From NCBI GenBank assembly GCA_000989565.1, contig LBOO01000007.1:5202-69201 (forward strand): a stretch of 64,000 nt of DNA. Direction: 5' to 3'. Source of the stretch: Candidatus Peregrinibacteria bacterium GW2011_GWA2_33_10. GTDB taxonomy: Bacteria > Patescibacteriota > Gracilibacteria > UBA1369 > GWC2-33-13. Positions within the stretch are counted from its first letter, which is position 1, and every line of letters begins with the position of its first letter. Shown here in pieces: positions 54,088-63,142 of the stretch. Under the pieces are notes generated by a model that did not search any database, was not told the origin of the DNA, and saw only the letters and a program-made list of their open reading frames with translations. The translations under genes were made by a program, and so were the position numbers.

Positions 54088-54819
54088 TTATATTTTTTCC
54101 GCCCAGATTGTTATTGTGGGGAAGAGGTGTTCTCTTTGTTTTTGATCCATCTTATGCAGGTGTTTGGAAATTTCCATTTCCCAATCGAGAAGTTTTTCGG
54201 CTAAAGCTACGGTTTCTTCTGTGTTTGCGTCGAATAATTTTAAAAATGCTTTGTGATTTGGCATTTGATGGTAGGTGATTTTGTTTATTTTGGCTCCATT
54301 ATTTTCTAATATTTTTGATACTTTTTTTTCATCAACATAACTGACGTATTTATTTTCCGTTAATAAATTTGGAAAATAATTGCCAAGAAAAACTTGCATT
54401 TTTTCTATTAGTGAGCCCGGATATAATGCATGTCCCAAATCATATCTGTGAATGATATAACCGCCTTTTTTTACGTGTTTGATGCTGTTAGTTAGAAACT
54501 TTTCCAATTGTTTAACATGTTCCAGAACGCTTAAGGACATGCAAATATCGAAATTTTCGAAATTTTCGATTTGATCATATGCGAGTTCGTTGTATATCTT
54601 TGCGTTTTTAAATTTTTTCAATAAATCAGCGGCGATGCCCGCGTCTTTTTTATTTTGTTCTACGCCAACATAAGTTATGTTGGGATATTTTTCCAAAAAC
54701 GGAATAATGTTTTTTGAATGTCCGCTGCCAAATTCCAGTATTTTTGAATTTTCTTTGATTATTGAACGGTTTATTAAATTCTCAATAAAATGCTGTTTTA
54801 TTTGTACTATCATATTCAT
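54088..54819 (-). CDS. class I SAM-dependent methyltransferase
   Basis: Motif I ILEFGSGHS and downstream acidic loop; 243 aa. Confidence 0.7.
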   Translation of the reverse strand: MNMIVQIKQHFIENLINRSIIKENSKILEFGSGHSKNIIPFLEKYPNITYVGVEQNKKDAGIAADLLKKFKNAKIYNELAYDQIENFENFDICMSLSVLEHVKQLEKFLTNSIKHVKKGGYIIHRYDLGHALYPGSLIEKMQVFLGNYFPNLLTENKYVSYVDEKKVSKILENNGAKINKITYHQMPNHKAFLKLFDANTEETVALAEKLLDWEMEISKHLHKMDQKQREHLFPTITIWAEKI

Positions 54820-54842
54820 TGTTCTTTTAATGAAATTTGGAT

Positions 54843-55988
54843 TTAGGAATTTTGAGGAATAAATTTATCTTCCATTTGCAAATCTTTAGCTACTGATTCG
54901 TAAGTGATATTTCCTTGGTAAGTGTTTAATCCTCGAGCAAAACGGTAATCTTGATGTAAGGATTGGATAATTCCCTGATTAGCCATTTTTAAAAGGTAGG
55001 GAAGTGTGGCATTCGTGAGAGCTTGTGTTGATTGGCGAGCTACTTGACCGGGCATATTGGCTACGCAGCAATATATTTTTCCATCAATTTCATAAATCGG
55101 ATGGCTGTGAGAAGTGGCTCTTGATCCCCAAATGCATCCGCCTTGGTCAATTGAAACATCTACTATTACTGATCCTTTTTTCATTAATTTTATGTGATGC
55201 TCTTTGACTACTTCCGGTGCTTTTGTACCGGCAACCAACACTGCACCGATTAATAAATCAGCATTTTTTATTGCTTCAATAAATATATTTTCTTCATTTT
55301 TTATCACTCGGACATTTTTGGAAAGATTTGGTCCCAAGTATTCACTTAATTCTTCTTTTGCCTTTTCTATCACTTTTTCATTTACATCAAATAATATAAC
55401 TTTTGAGCCCATGCCTCCTGCAGTTTTCGCTGCTTTTATTCCGACATGGCCGGCGCCTACGATTACGATATTGGCAGGTTCTGTATTGCAGATATCTCCT
55501 AATGTTATTCCTCGGCCATGATATTTTTTTTGTAAATATTCCGCGCCGTATTGAATGGCCAAGACTCCCGCAATATCGCTCATTGGAGCGAGTAGAGGTA
55601 ATTTTCCGTTTTCATCTTCAACAGTTTCATAGGCAATTGCCGTGATACTGTTTTCCATTAATTTTATTGTTAATTTCGGATCTACTCCCGAGAGATGTAA
55701 ATAAGTAAATAATGTTTTTCCTATCATGTTGTCCAAAAGCGAATATTCTTGAGAAAGCGGTTCTTTTACTTTTACCACGATGTCCGCTTTTTGAACGATT
55801 TCCAGAGGTTCATCCATTAATTCACAACCTGCTTCGAGATATTCACTATCGCTAAATCCTGCTCCTTCGCCTGCTTTTTTTTGAACAATTATGTGGTGGC
55901 CGAATTTTTTTAATTCTTTAACTCCGGAAGGGGTTAATCCCACTCTGTTCTCATTATCTTTGATTTCTTTCAGCGTAGCAATAATCAT
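54843..55988 (-). CDS. ald: alanine dehydrogenase
   Basis: MIIATLKEIKDNENRVGLTPSGVKEL start, NAD-binding VIVGAGHVGIKAA, VDVSIDQGG. Confidence 0.9.
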   Translation of the reverse strand: MIIATLKEIKDNENRVGLTPSGVKELKKFGHHIIVQKKAGEGAGFSDSEYLEAGCELMDEPLEIVQKADIVVKVKEPLSQEYSLLDNMIGKTLFTYLHLSGVDPKLTIKLMENSITAIAYETVEDENGKLPLLAPMSDIAGVLAIQYGAEYLQKKYHGRGITLGDICNTEPANIVIVGAGHVGIKAAKTAGGMGSKVILFDVNEKVIEKAKEELSEYLGPNLSKNVRVIKNEENIFIEAIKNADLLIGAVLVAGTKAPEVVKEHHIKLMKKGSVIVDVSIDQGGCIWGSRATSHSHPIYEIDGKIYCCVANMPGQVARQSTQALTNATLPYLLKMANQGIIQSLHQDYRFARGLNTYQGNITYESVAKDLQMEDKFIPQNS

Positions 55989-56050
55989 GATAAAAAGGGT
56001 TAGAAAAACTTTTTTTAATTATGAAAGGAAGGAGAGGGAAAAGTCAAATA

Positions 56051-56824
56051 TTAAGCACATTTTTTTTGTATTTTTTTTGCGACTTCCAATAATTCTTGGT
56101 CTTTGTAATGTGTGGCAAGAAAATGAAGTACTTTTTGAAACGCTAATGATTCTACATACTCTTTGGTTTCCAAGAAGTTGTTATTTGCCGGTTTATCCTC
56201 TTGGTGATTTTGTTCAAAATCGGGTTTGAAACTCGGAATGGAGATTATTTTTTCTTTGTCTTCAGGAATCAGAATTAAGTCGCATCCTTCTTTATGAAAT
56301 TCGGACAGATCATCAATTAAAAAATCTACATCAAATATTGACGGGATTTTGTATGTTCCTGAGGTTATTAATTCTTTCATTAATTTTTCTGAGCTATTTG
56401 CTTTTTGATGCCAAATTTTGATTAAGGGGTGTTTTTTTGTGCTTTTTTTACAATCTTCGCGGCTAATTTGTTTATTATTTTTATTTAAATTTAATCCTAT
56501 TTTTGAGGATGATAGTGCTTCTTTCATGTATTTTCTTGTCATCGCGCTCCATATTATTACTTCGTTTTGAGAGGATAAATAATTTGTGATTTCTTTGGCA
56601 AGAGGGCGGCGTAAATATGTGTCAATATAGTTTGGGGAACTTAATACCGCGTTTATCTCGTTACTGCTACTAATTAAAGTGCCCTCAATGTCAAAAGCAA
56701 TAATTTTTCCTTTTACGTCTTTTAAAATATCATAGAGCTCTTTAACGAGTTCTTGGTATTTTTCAGTTTTATAATAATTTTCAGCTTTTTGCCGATAATG
56801 TTCCAGTACTTTTAACTTGTCCAT
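56051..56824 (-). CDS. HAD-like (FCP1/NIF-type) phosphatase-like protein with a variant motif I
   Basis: Motif I IIAFDIEGTL (second Asp replaced by Glu), motif II VIIWSAMT, motif IV FLIDDLSEF. Confidence 0.5.
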   Translation of the reverse strand: MDKLKVLEHYRQKAENYYKTEKYQELVKELYDILKDVKGKIIAFDIEGTLISSSNEINAVLSSPNYIDTYLRRPLAKEITNYLSSQNEVIIWSAMTRKYMKEALSSSKIGLNLNKNNKQISREDCKKSTKKHPLIKIWHQKANSSEKLMKELITSGTYKIPSIFDVDFLIDDLSEFHKEGCDLILIPEDKEKIISIPSFKPDFEQNHQEDKPANNNFLETKEYVESLAFQKVLHFLATHYKDQELLEVAKKIQKKCA

Positions 56825-56915
56825 GCTTTTTTAAAATATCTAAGGGATGATATTTTATAGCATAGGTAAAAGTGTTTAGCAAATTGGCATGCTGCAAAGT
56901 GGTTGTTAAAAATTA

Positions 56916-57029
56916 CTAAAATTTTATATCAGCATCTTTTAGTATTGCGTGAAGTGTGCCTTTGGGGATGTCTTTAATGACATCCCGGTAATTCAGGACA
57001 ATAGGCGTGCCATTTTTGAAGAAGCTTTT
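56916..57029 (-). pseudogene. HicA-type toxin (mRNA interferase) 3-prime fragment
   Basis: Hand translation: KSFFKNGTPIVLNYRDVIKDIPKGTLHAILKDADIKF-stop. KDIPKGTLHAILKDA matches the HicA C-terminal consensus (DLxxGTLxxILKQAG). No start codon, and the N-terminal half is missing. Confidence 0.55.
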
Positions 57030-57044
57030 TCAATAAATTGTATT

Positions 57045-57677
57045 TTATTCTTTTAACTTTTTTATAGCTTCAATTCTATCTTTTGCTTTGAATATATAAC
57101 TTGCGGAAACTAAAACATTGGCGCCGGCTTTTTTGGCTAGTTCGGCTGTTTGATCGTTGATGCCGCCATCGATTTGGATATCTAAATTCGGAGCTTTTGA
57201 TCGTAAATATTTTATTTTTGAGAGTGAATTTTCCATGAAGGATTGGCCGGAGAAGCCTGGTTCGACGCTCATCACAAGTATCATATCCAATTCCTTTAAA
57301 TATGGATCCAATACTTTTACATCTGTTTTGGGCTTTATTGTAATTCCGGCTTTTTTGCCTAGAGATTTTATTTGATGAATTAATTTTAGAGGGTCTTTTG
57401 TCGCTTCAAAATGAAAATTAATAATATCGGCTCCGGCTTTGGCAAAACTTTCAATGTATTTTTCGGGATTTTCTATCATTAAATGGCAGTCGATTTCTTT
57501 TTTGCTTTTTATATTTTCAACTATGCATGGCCCCATTGTGATATTCGGGACAAAATGGCCGTCCATAACATCAACGTGGATCATGTCTATTTCGTTTTCA
57601 ATGGATTTGATCTCGTTATTGAGATTGCCGAGATCGCAGGAGAGAATGGATGGGGCGATTTTGATGGATGGAGGCAT
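57045..57677 (-). CDS. rpe: ribulose-phosphate 3-epimerase
   Basis: IAPSILSCD, HVDVMDGHFVPN, MSVEPGFSGQ, QIDGGI motifs; ATG 57677 avoids overlap with rpiB. Confidence 0.9.
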   Translation of the reverse strand: MPPSIKIAPSILSCDLGNLNNEIKSIENEIDMIHVDVMDGHFVPNITMGPCIVENIKSKKEIDCHLMIENPEKYIESFAKAGADIINFHFEATKDPLKLIHQIKSLGKKAGITIKPKTDVKVLDPYLKELDMILVMSVEPGFSGQSFMENSLSKIKYLRSKAPNLDIQIDGGINDQTAELAKKAGANVLVSASYIFKAKDRIEAIKKLKE

Positions 57678-57699
57678 TATAAATTGTTTATTAATTCGT

Positions 57700-58134
57700 T
57701 TATACTTTTTTTCCCATTTTTTGAACTCGAATTTCGTGGCGGCCTCCTTCGAAATCTGTTGTGAGGAACGCGTCGATGATTTCAATGGCTTGTTTTTCGT
57801 TGATAAATTCAGAGCCTAAAGTGCAAACGTTGGCGTTATTGTGTTGGCGGGCGCGAATCGCCATTTCTTTGTTGTTGCATAGCGCTGCTCTAACTCCATC
57901 TATTGCTTTGTTTGCTGACATTGCCATGCCTTGTCCGCTGGCGCAGATTAAAATTCCGAATTCTTTGGTTTCATGTACTTTTTCCGATACTTCACGGGCA
58001 ATATCAGGATAATCCACACTTTTTGTGGAAAAACTGCCTAAATCCGTATAGTCAATTTTTTTCTCATCCATCCATTTTTTGATTTTTTGTTTTAGTTCAT
58101 ATCCGCGATGATCTGAACCGAGGTAGAGTATCAT
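57700..58134 (-). CDS. rpiB: ribose-5-phosphate isomerase B
   Basis: LGSDHRGYELK, ILICASGQGMAMSANK, motifs of RpiB/LacAB. Confidence 0.9.
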   Translation of the reverse strand: MILYLGSDHRGYELKQKIKKWMDEKKIDYTDLGSFSTKSVDYPDIAREVSEKVHETKEFGILICASGQGMAMSANKAIDGVRAALCNNKEMAIRARQHNNANVCTLGSEFINEKQAIEIIDAFLTTDFEGGRHEIRVQKMGKKV

Positions 58135-58182
58135 ATTTATAGGTGTTAATTGAAATTAAGTTGTTTAATTATTTATCTCCGG

Positions 58183-59139
58183 TCATTGATTATGCCAAAT
58201 GCTGGAGACACTTTTGGCTTCTATGATGTTTTCTATTACTTTGGCCAGCATTGGAGCTATAGATAATATTTTTAATGAATCGAATTGTTTTTTTGGTGGT
58301 ACGGGGATGGAGTTTGTGACTACAACTTCTTTAAATTTGGCTTCTTTTAATTTTTCCGGAGCGTCAAGAGAAAAAACAGGGTGGGTTGCCGCAAGGTAAA
58401 TGTCTTTATTCGCGCCATTTTTTTCTAAGGCTTTTTTTGCGTTTATTACTGATCCTCCTGTGTCGATCATATCATCAAATAGGATGCAGGTGCGGTTTTT
58501 TACTTCTCCAACCACATGCGTAACGATTGATTCATTGTGGGCGGGACGAGCTTTGTGAATGATCGCTAAATTGGCGTTTAATAAATCTGAAAGACGTTTC
58601 GCTTGTTTCGCGCCACCTGTGTCCGGTGAAACTACTGTAATATTTTTGAGATTTTTTTGATTAAAATAGTGGGCGAATAGTTTGTCTGTGCTTAAATTGT
58701 CCATTGGAAAGTCAAAAAATCCTTGTTCTTGGGCAGAATGAAGATTTAAAGTAATTAAATGATCAGCTCCGGCTTCACTGATCAGTTTTGCCACTACTTT
58801 AGCGGAAATCGGTTCACGGGGAAGGGAAACGCGATCTTGTCTGGAATAAGCGAAATGAGGCATTACTAAATGAATGTGTTCAGCAAATGATCTTTTTAAT
58901 GAGTCCAACATTATAAATAATTCCATTAATTCTTCGTTTACATTATGAGTTGCTGTTTGAATTATAAATACTCTGCAACCCCGAACAGATTCTTCCGGTT
59001 TCGCGTAAATTTCACCTGACGCAAATTTTTTTATTTGCATTTGGGAATAAGGTATTTTCAAAATGTCGGCGATGTCTTGTCCCAGTTTTTCATGAGATGT
59101 GCCGGCAAATATTTTGATATGATGTTTTTTGCTTACCAT
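58183..59139 (-). CDS. prs: ribose-phosphate pyrophosphokinase
   Basis: KKFASGE, HFAYSRQDR, VVSPDTGG, LFDDMIDTGGS motifs. Confidence 0.9.
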   Translation of the reverse strand: MVSKKHHIKIFAGTSHEKLGQDIADILKIPYSQMQIKKFASGEIYAKPEESVRGCRVFIIQTATHNVNEELMELFIMLDSLKRSFAEHIHLVMPHFAYSRQDRVSLPREPISAKVVAKLISEAGADHLITLNLHSAQEQGFFDFPMDNLSTDKLFAHYFNQKNLKNITVVSPDTGGAKQAKRLSDLLNANLAIIHKARPAHNESIVTHVVGEVKNRTCILFDDMIDTGGSVINAKKALEKNGANKDIYLAATHPVFSLDAPEKLKEAKFKEVVVTNSIPVPPKKQFDSLKILSIAPMLAKVIENIIEAKSVSSIWHNQ

Positions 59140-59265
59140 TATGGTGTTTTTAAATTTTTTGCCTTTTTAATTATAGCATGGTGATTTTTTGACGCAAAGG
59201 AAATATGGGAGGAATCACTTACTGAGGTAAGATCATAAGTTTTATTATTTGAAGCAATAATTATT

Positions 59266-59357
59266 TTGTAATCCGTAATTCGTAATCCGTAATTCGTAAA
59301 TTGAAAAATTTTAATATTAATTTATTCCTTTTACGGATTACGGATTACGGATTACGT
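59266..59357. repeat. inverted pair of CGTAATY heptamer arrays (5 units and 4 units) forming a long hairpin between prs and tkt
   Basis: Left arm 59266..59300 (TGTAATC CGTAATT CGTAATC CGTAATT CGTAAAT), 29-nt AT loop, right arm 59330..59357 (TTACGGA x3, TTACGTG). Confidence 0.8.
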
Positions 59358-59426
59358 GTAAATTTTATTTATTCACAGAGAAAATGTATAATCCATTAGG
59401 TAATATGTAAGTGAGTGATTACGATT

Positions 59427-60365
59427 TTAAATTCCATGCACAAAGAAATAATTTTTTTTGCAGATTTCATTTATTTCTTTGAAAAGTTTTTCCGGATTGC
59501 AGAGTGGAATATTGTTTTTATTTTCAAAAAATGTGTCTTTTAAGCCTATGGAATGTATTTCGCAGGAAAATTTTTTGTTGATTGTTTGAGAGAGGATTGA
59601 GCCTAGGGCGCCTATTTCTCTGTGATCTTCGATAACGATTATTTTTTTGCTTTTTTTCGCTATTTTTTCCATTGAAGGTAGATTTATGGGTTTTAAAGTT
59701 GGCAGTGAATAGATTGTAGGGAAGTTTTTTATTTTAGATTTTGGATTGTTTATAATTTTTAAAATTGTATTTAAGATCGGACCTGTTACTATTAAACTTA
59801 TTTGAGATCCTTTTTTTATTAAAATCGGTTCTCCTTCTTCAAATTTATTTTTTTGTTCTTCTGTTTCAGGATATTCAAAGCTGCTTAGACGAAGATACAT
59901 GGGGCCAAAAGTATTTATCATGTGTTTAAAGATTTCACTGCCTTCTTCTTCGTTTGCCGGTGAAAAAATTTTTAAATTCGGGAGGGGAAGCATGAGCGCG
60001 ATGTCTTCAACACACGGGGAAGAGTAGCCGTAATTTTCAGAAAGAATTCCTGCGTTGATTCCAATCATTTTGACATTTAAATTGGGGAGACAAATGTTAT
60101 TTTTTATTTGCTGCCAGGCATTTCCCGTAAGATTGCCCGCAAAGGCGCAAACTATTGGGATTTTACCCATGGAGGCAAGTCCAGAAGCTGTACTTATCAT
60201 GTCTTTTTCACTTAATCCAAAACTATAAAAACGGTTTTCAGTATGCTTCGAAAAAAGATGCGTTTTTGAAAGATATCGATTATCGGATTCTAAAACCACG
60301 ACATTTTTTTGCTTTAGACCATAAGCTAGGAGATTTTGAGCGAAGTTGTCTATGAGATTGGGCAT
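59427..60365 (-). CDS. transketolase, C-terminal (pyrimidine-binding plus C-terminal domain) subunit
   Basis: 312 aa; FYSFGLSEKDMISTASGLA and HREIGALGS regions typical of the split-tkt B subunit. Confidence 0.85.
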   Translation of the reverse strand: MPNLIDNFAQNLLAYGLKQKNVVVLESDNRYLSKTHLFSKHTENRFYSFGLSEKDMISTASGLASMGKIPIVCAFAGNLTGNAWQQIKNNICLPNLNVKMIGINAGILSENYGYSSPCVEDIALMLPLPNLKIFSPANEEEGSEIFKHMINTFGPMYLRLSSFEYPETEEQKNKFEEGEPILIKKGSQISLIVTGPILNTILKIINNPKSKIKNFPTIYSLPTLKPINLPSMEKIAKKSKKIIVIEDHREIGALGSILSQTINKKFSCEIHSIGLKDTFFENKNNIPLCNPEKLFKEINEICKKNYFFVHGI

Positions 60366-60381
60366 GGAAGTTGGTTAGCGA

Positions 60382-60945
60382 TCATTGATTCCTGATTTTT
60401 ACAAAATTTCCTATAATAATTCCGTTTTTGGCTGTGTAGCCTTTGTTTACTTCTATGACGAATTTCACCATGTCCGGGGATTTGTAGAAGCCGCATTCGG
60501 CGTCGGTTTTTGTGCAGGCTTCAGCGTTTTTTATGTCGATTATTTTTTTATTTTTATCAATAAAAATAATATCCAGAGGGATATTTACGTGTTCCATGAC
60601 GAATGTTACATATTGAGGTTCCGGAAAGTTGAAAATCATGCCTTCATTTTCGGGAAGGTATTTTATTTGGCGTAAACCTTGTTGGCGTTCTTTGTCTGTG
60701 TCCGCGATGTAGGCTTTGATTGTGGTGAGTTTCTTTTCTGATGAATTAAAAGTAATTTTGGTTGAGTCGTTGAACGCGGGATTGTAGGAGATATTGGGGT
60801 TGTATGAGCAGCTGGTGAGAAGAAGGGAAATTATGAGGAGTAACCCGTAACCTGTAACTTTTAATTTGTTATGAAAAATTCGTAATCCGTAATTCGTAAT
60901 CCGTAATTCGTAAGTTGTATATTTTTTTAATAATAATTTAAACAT
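60382..60945 (-). CDS. DUF192 (COG1430) family lipoprotein inserted between the two transketolase subunit genes
   Basis: GLRQIKYLPENEGMIFNF...NIPLDIIFIDKNKKI DUF192 core; lipobox LLLTSC. The ATG abuts the tkt-N stop, and codons 10-30 are heptamer-repeat encoded. Confidence 0.7.
   Translation of the reverse strand: MFKLLLKKYTTYELRITNYGLRIFHNKLKVTGYGLLLIISLLLTSCSYNPNISYNPAFNDSTKITFNSSEKKLTTIKAYIADTDKERQQGLRQIKYLPENEGMIFNFPEPQYVTFVMEHVNIPLDIIFIDKNKKIIDIKNAEACTKTDAECGFYKSPDMVKFVIEVNKGYTAKNGIIIGNFVKIRNQ
60840..60915 (+). repeat. heptamer arrays inside the DUF192 ORF: GTAACYY x3 (60840..60860) and CGTAATY x5 (60881..60915)
   Basis: Read directly; on the coding (minus) strand they translate as YELRITNYGLRI and VTGYG. 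Confidence 0.8.
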
Positions 60946-61794
60946 TTATGGGGTGTTAGTTTTTGGGGTTTGGAGTTGTTTGAGGGCGAGGTTCATTTCC
61001 GGTTTGCTTAGGGTGGAATTATGATAAGAGAATTTGTTTTCCATAAAGGGGATTCTGTAGCCTTTTATTGTGGGGGCCAATACGCATGTCGGTTTTATGG
61101 TATTGTTTTTGTTCCAAGCTTTAGGGATTAAATCTATTAATTCTTTGATATTATGGCCATCCACAGATGACAAAACTTGCCAGCCGAAGGCTTTAAATTT
61201 ATCGTAAATCGGTTCAATATTTTTTATTCCTTTGATATGACCGTCTTGCTGCATTTTATTGCAGTCTATTATGAGGCAAAGATTATTTAATTTGTAATGC
61301 GCGGCAGTCATCGCGGCTTCCCATATTTGGCCTTCTTGAAGCTCTCCGTCGCCAGCAAGCACAAATACTTTATTGTCTTTTTTATCGATTTTCAATGCTA
61401 TGGCGACACCATTTGCTATTGATAAACCTTCTCCCGGTCCTCCAGCTTGAATTTTTATTCCGGGAATTTTGTTGTTTGGAAATTTTGTTAAAAGTGAATT
61501 GTTTTTGTTATAACTTGCCAGCTCTTTTTGATCAATGTAACCTAATTTTGCAAGAACACAGTAAAGCGCGAGAGCGGCATGTGCTTTTGATAAAATAAAA
61601 TAGTCCAATTCTTCTGAGCCGGGTTTTTTTATGTTTAATCTGAATAAAGGTTTTTTATCTTTTTTGCCAAAATATAATGCAGTTAGAATGTCTATGCAGG
61701 AAAGAGAACCTCCCAAAAAGCTATTTTGAGATTGATAGCTTGCGTTAAGTAGGTCAAAAGCGAGTTCGTGGGCGATTTTGGTAAGGGGAGGCAT
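60946..61794 (-). CDS. transketolase, N-terminal (TPP-binding) subunit
   Basis: GGSLSCIDIL, LSKAHAALALY, GDGELQEGQIWEA motifs. Confidence 0.85.
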   Translation of the reverse strand: MPPLTKIAHELAFDLLNASYQSQNSFLGGSLSCIDILTALYFGKKDKKPLFRLNIKKPGSEELDYFILSKAHAALALYCVLAKLGYIDQKELASYNKNNSLLTKFPNNKIPGIKIQAGGPGEGLSIANGVAIALKIDKKDNKVFVLAGDGELQEGQIWEAAMTAAHYKLNNLCLIIDCNKMQQDGHIKGIKNIEPIYDKFKAFGWQVLSSVDGHNIKELIDLIPKAWNKNNTIKPTCVLAPTIKGYRIPFMENKFSYHNSTLSKPEMNLALKQLQTPKTNTP

Positions 61795-61804
61795 GGAGGG
61801 GAGG

Positions 61805-62320
61805 TTAGGAATCAGTGATAACTATATTTTTGTCCTTGGTTTCTTTTAACAGCTTGCTGATTTTTTTTTGCTTGATTGGATGGATGAAATTTGGCGCAAT
61901 TTCATTTAGCGGGATGAGGACAAATTTTCTTTCCGGAATTTCAGGGTGGGGGATTTTTAAATTATTTTCTTTAATAATTTTTTCTCCGTAAAATAATATA
62001 TCAATGTCGATTTCGCGTTTTTGCCAATTGCCGCGGTTTTTTCGTCCTGTTTGTTTTTCGATTTTTTTGCATGTTTCCAGCAGTTTTAATGGTTCTAAAT
62101 TCGTTTTTGCTTCAAGACAAATATTAATAAACCAAGGCTGTTTTTTAACTCCCACGGGTTGAGTTTTATAAAAAGAAGAAATTTTCTGAATTAGAATTTT
62201 GTTTTGATTAAGCTTTTTAATCGCTTTTTGAATTTGAAATTTTTTAGGCGCTAAATTGGATCCTAAACTTAAGTAAATAGTTGATTTGGATTTTTCTGTG
62301 CTATTTGGCATTTCGCGCAT
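61805..62320 (-). CDS. folK: 2-amino-4-hydroxy-6-hydroxymethyldihydropteridine diphosphokinase
   Basis: IYLSLGSNL, REIDIDILFYG, LKIPHPEIPERKFVLIPLNEIAP motifs. Confidence 0.85.
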   Translation of the reverse strand: MREMPNSTEKSKSTIYLSLGSNLAPKKFQIQKAIKKLNQNKILIQKISSFYKTQPVGVKKQPWFINICLEAKTNLEPLKLLETCKKIEKQTGRKNRGNWQKREIDIDILFYGEKIIKENNLKIPHPEIPERKFVLIPLNEIAPNFIHPIKQKKISKLLKETKDKNIVITDS

Positions 62321-62390
62321 GAGGATTTACTATTTATGTTATTTATAGTATATTATAGAGAAATAGAAATAAAATTAAAATTAAATATTT

Positions 62391-63041
62391 ATGAGAAGTC
62401 AGAATTTGGTTCAAAAATTGATAAATATTGGAATATTTGCTTGTCTTGTGATGTTGGTGGTTTTTTTTGTACAGGAAAGTAATTTAAAAAAAATGCAAAG
62501 TTCTTTAAAAAAGGACAATACACAGTTACAGGCTCAGGTTTATAGTGAGAGAATGGCTTATTCAAAATTGTTAGAAAAAATGGAAGCGGAAAAAGCGCAG
62601 AGTAGTAAAATAAAGTATTTACCTCCGCCTACTTTGATTTCAGTTACTTCAAAATCAAATCAATATATTGTTGGAAGTAAAGTAATCCCAAGTTTTTTGG
62701 CGGGCGAAGAGTTGATTATAGAAGGATTGTCCGTTCCTTTGAGTGTGATCAGTTTGTTTTTTGAACCTGGAGATATGTCTTTTTCCGCGATAGCGCGGGA
62801 GGATGGTTCGTTTCAAAAAAAAATAGATCCTTATACTTTTAAAAATGGAACGTATAAAATGTTTACTGAAGCCAAAATCGATGATGTAAGCAGTGGGAAA
62901 GTGAGAAAATTGGATTTTTCGATTAGAACACCTGTGGATAGAAAATATGTTTTGGTTTTAGGGAGTATAGTTTTGTCGTTGATTATTTTGATTTTTTTGA
63001 AAGTTGTGTTGAAGAGGGAAGAAGTGAAAGCGGGGATATGA
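62391..63041 (+). CDS. hypothetical protein with N- and C-terminal TM anchors
   Basis: ORF only. Confidence 0.45.
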   Translation: MRSQNLVQKLINIGIFACLVMLVVFFVQESNLKKMQSSLKKDNTQLQAQVYSERMAYSKLLEKMEAEKAQSSKIKYLPPPTLISVTSKSNQYIVGSKVIPSFLAGEELIIEGLSVPLSVISLFFEPGDMSFSAIAREDGSFQKKIDPYTFKNGTYKMFTEAKIDDVSSGKVRKLDFSIRTPVDRKYVLVLGSIVLSLIILIFLKVVLKREEVKAGI

Positions 63042-63142
63042 TTTTAAATTTTTAATTCTTAATTAAAAATTATTTTCCAATGGACTTAATTCATTTTTTT
63101 TGCTATCTAGACAAAGATTCAGTGATTTATATATAATCGGTT

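Noticed and set aside
56825-56915. hicB antitoxin remnant downstream of the hicA fragment
   Set aside because: Hand translation in three frames gave only short peptides (for example TYAIKYHPLDILKKHG) with no convincing HicB motif. The interval is too short.
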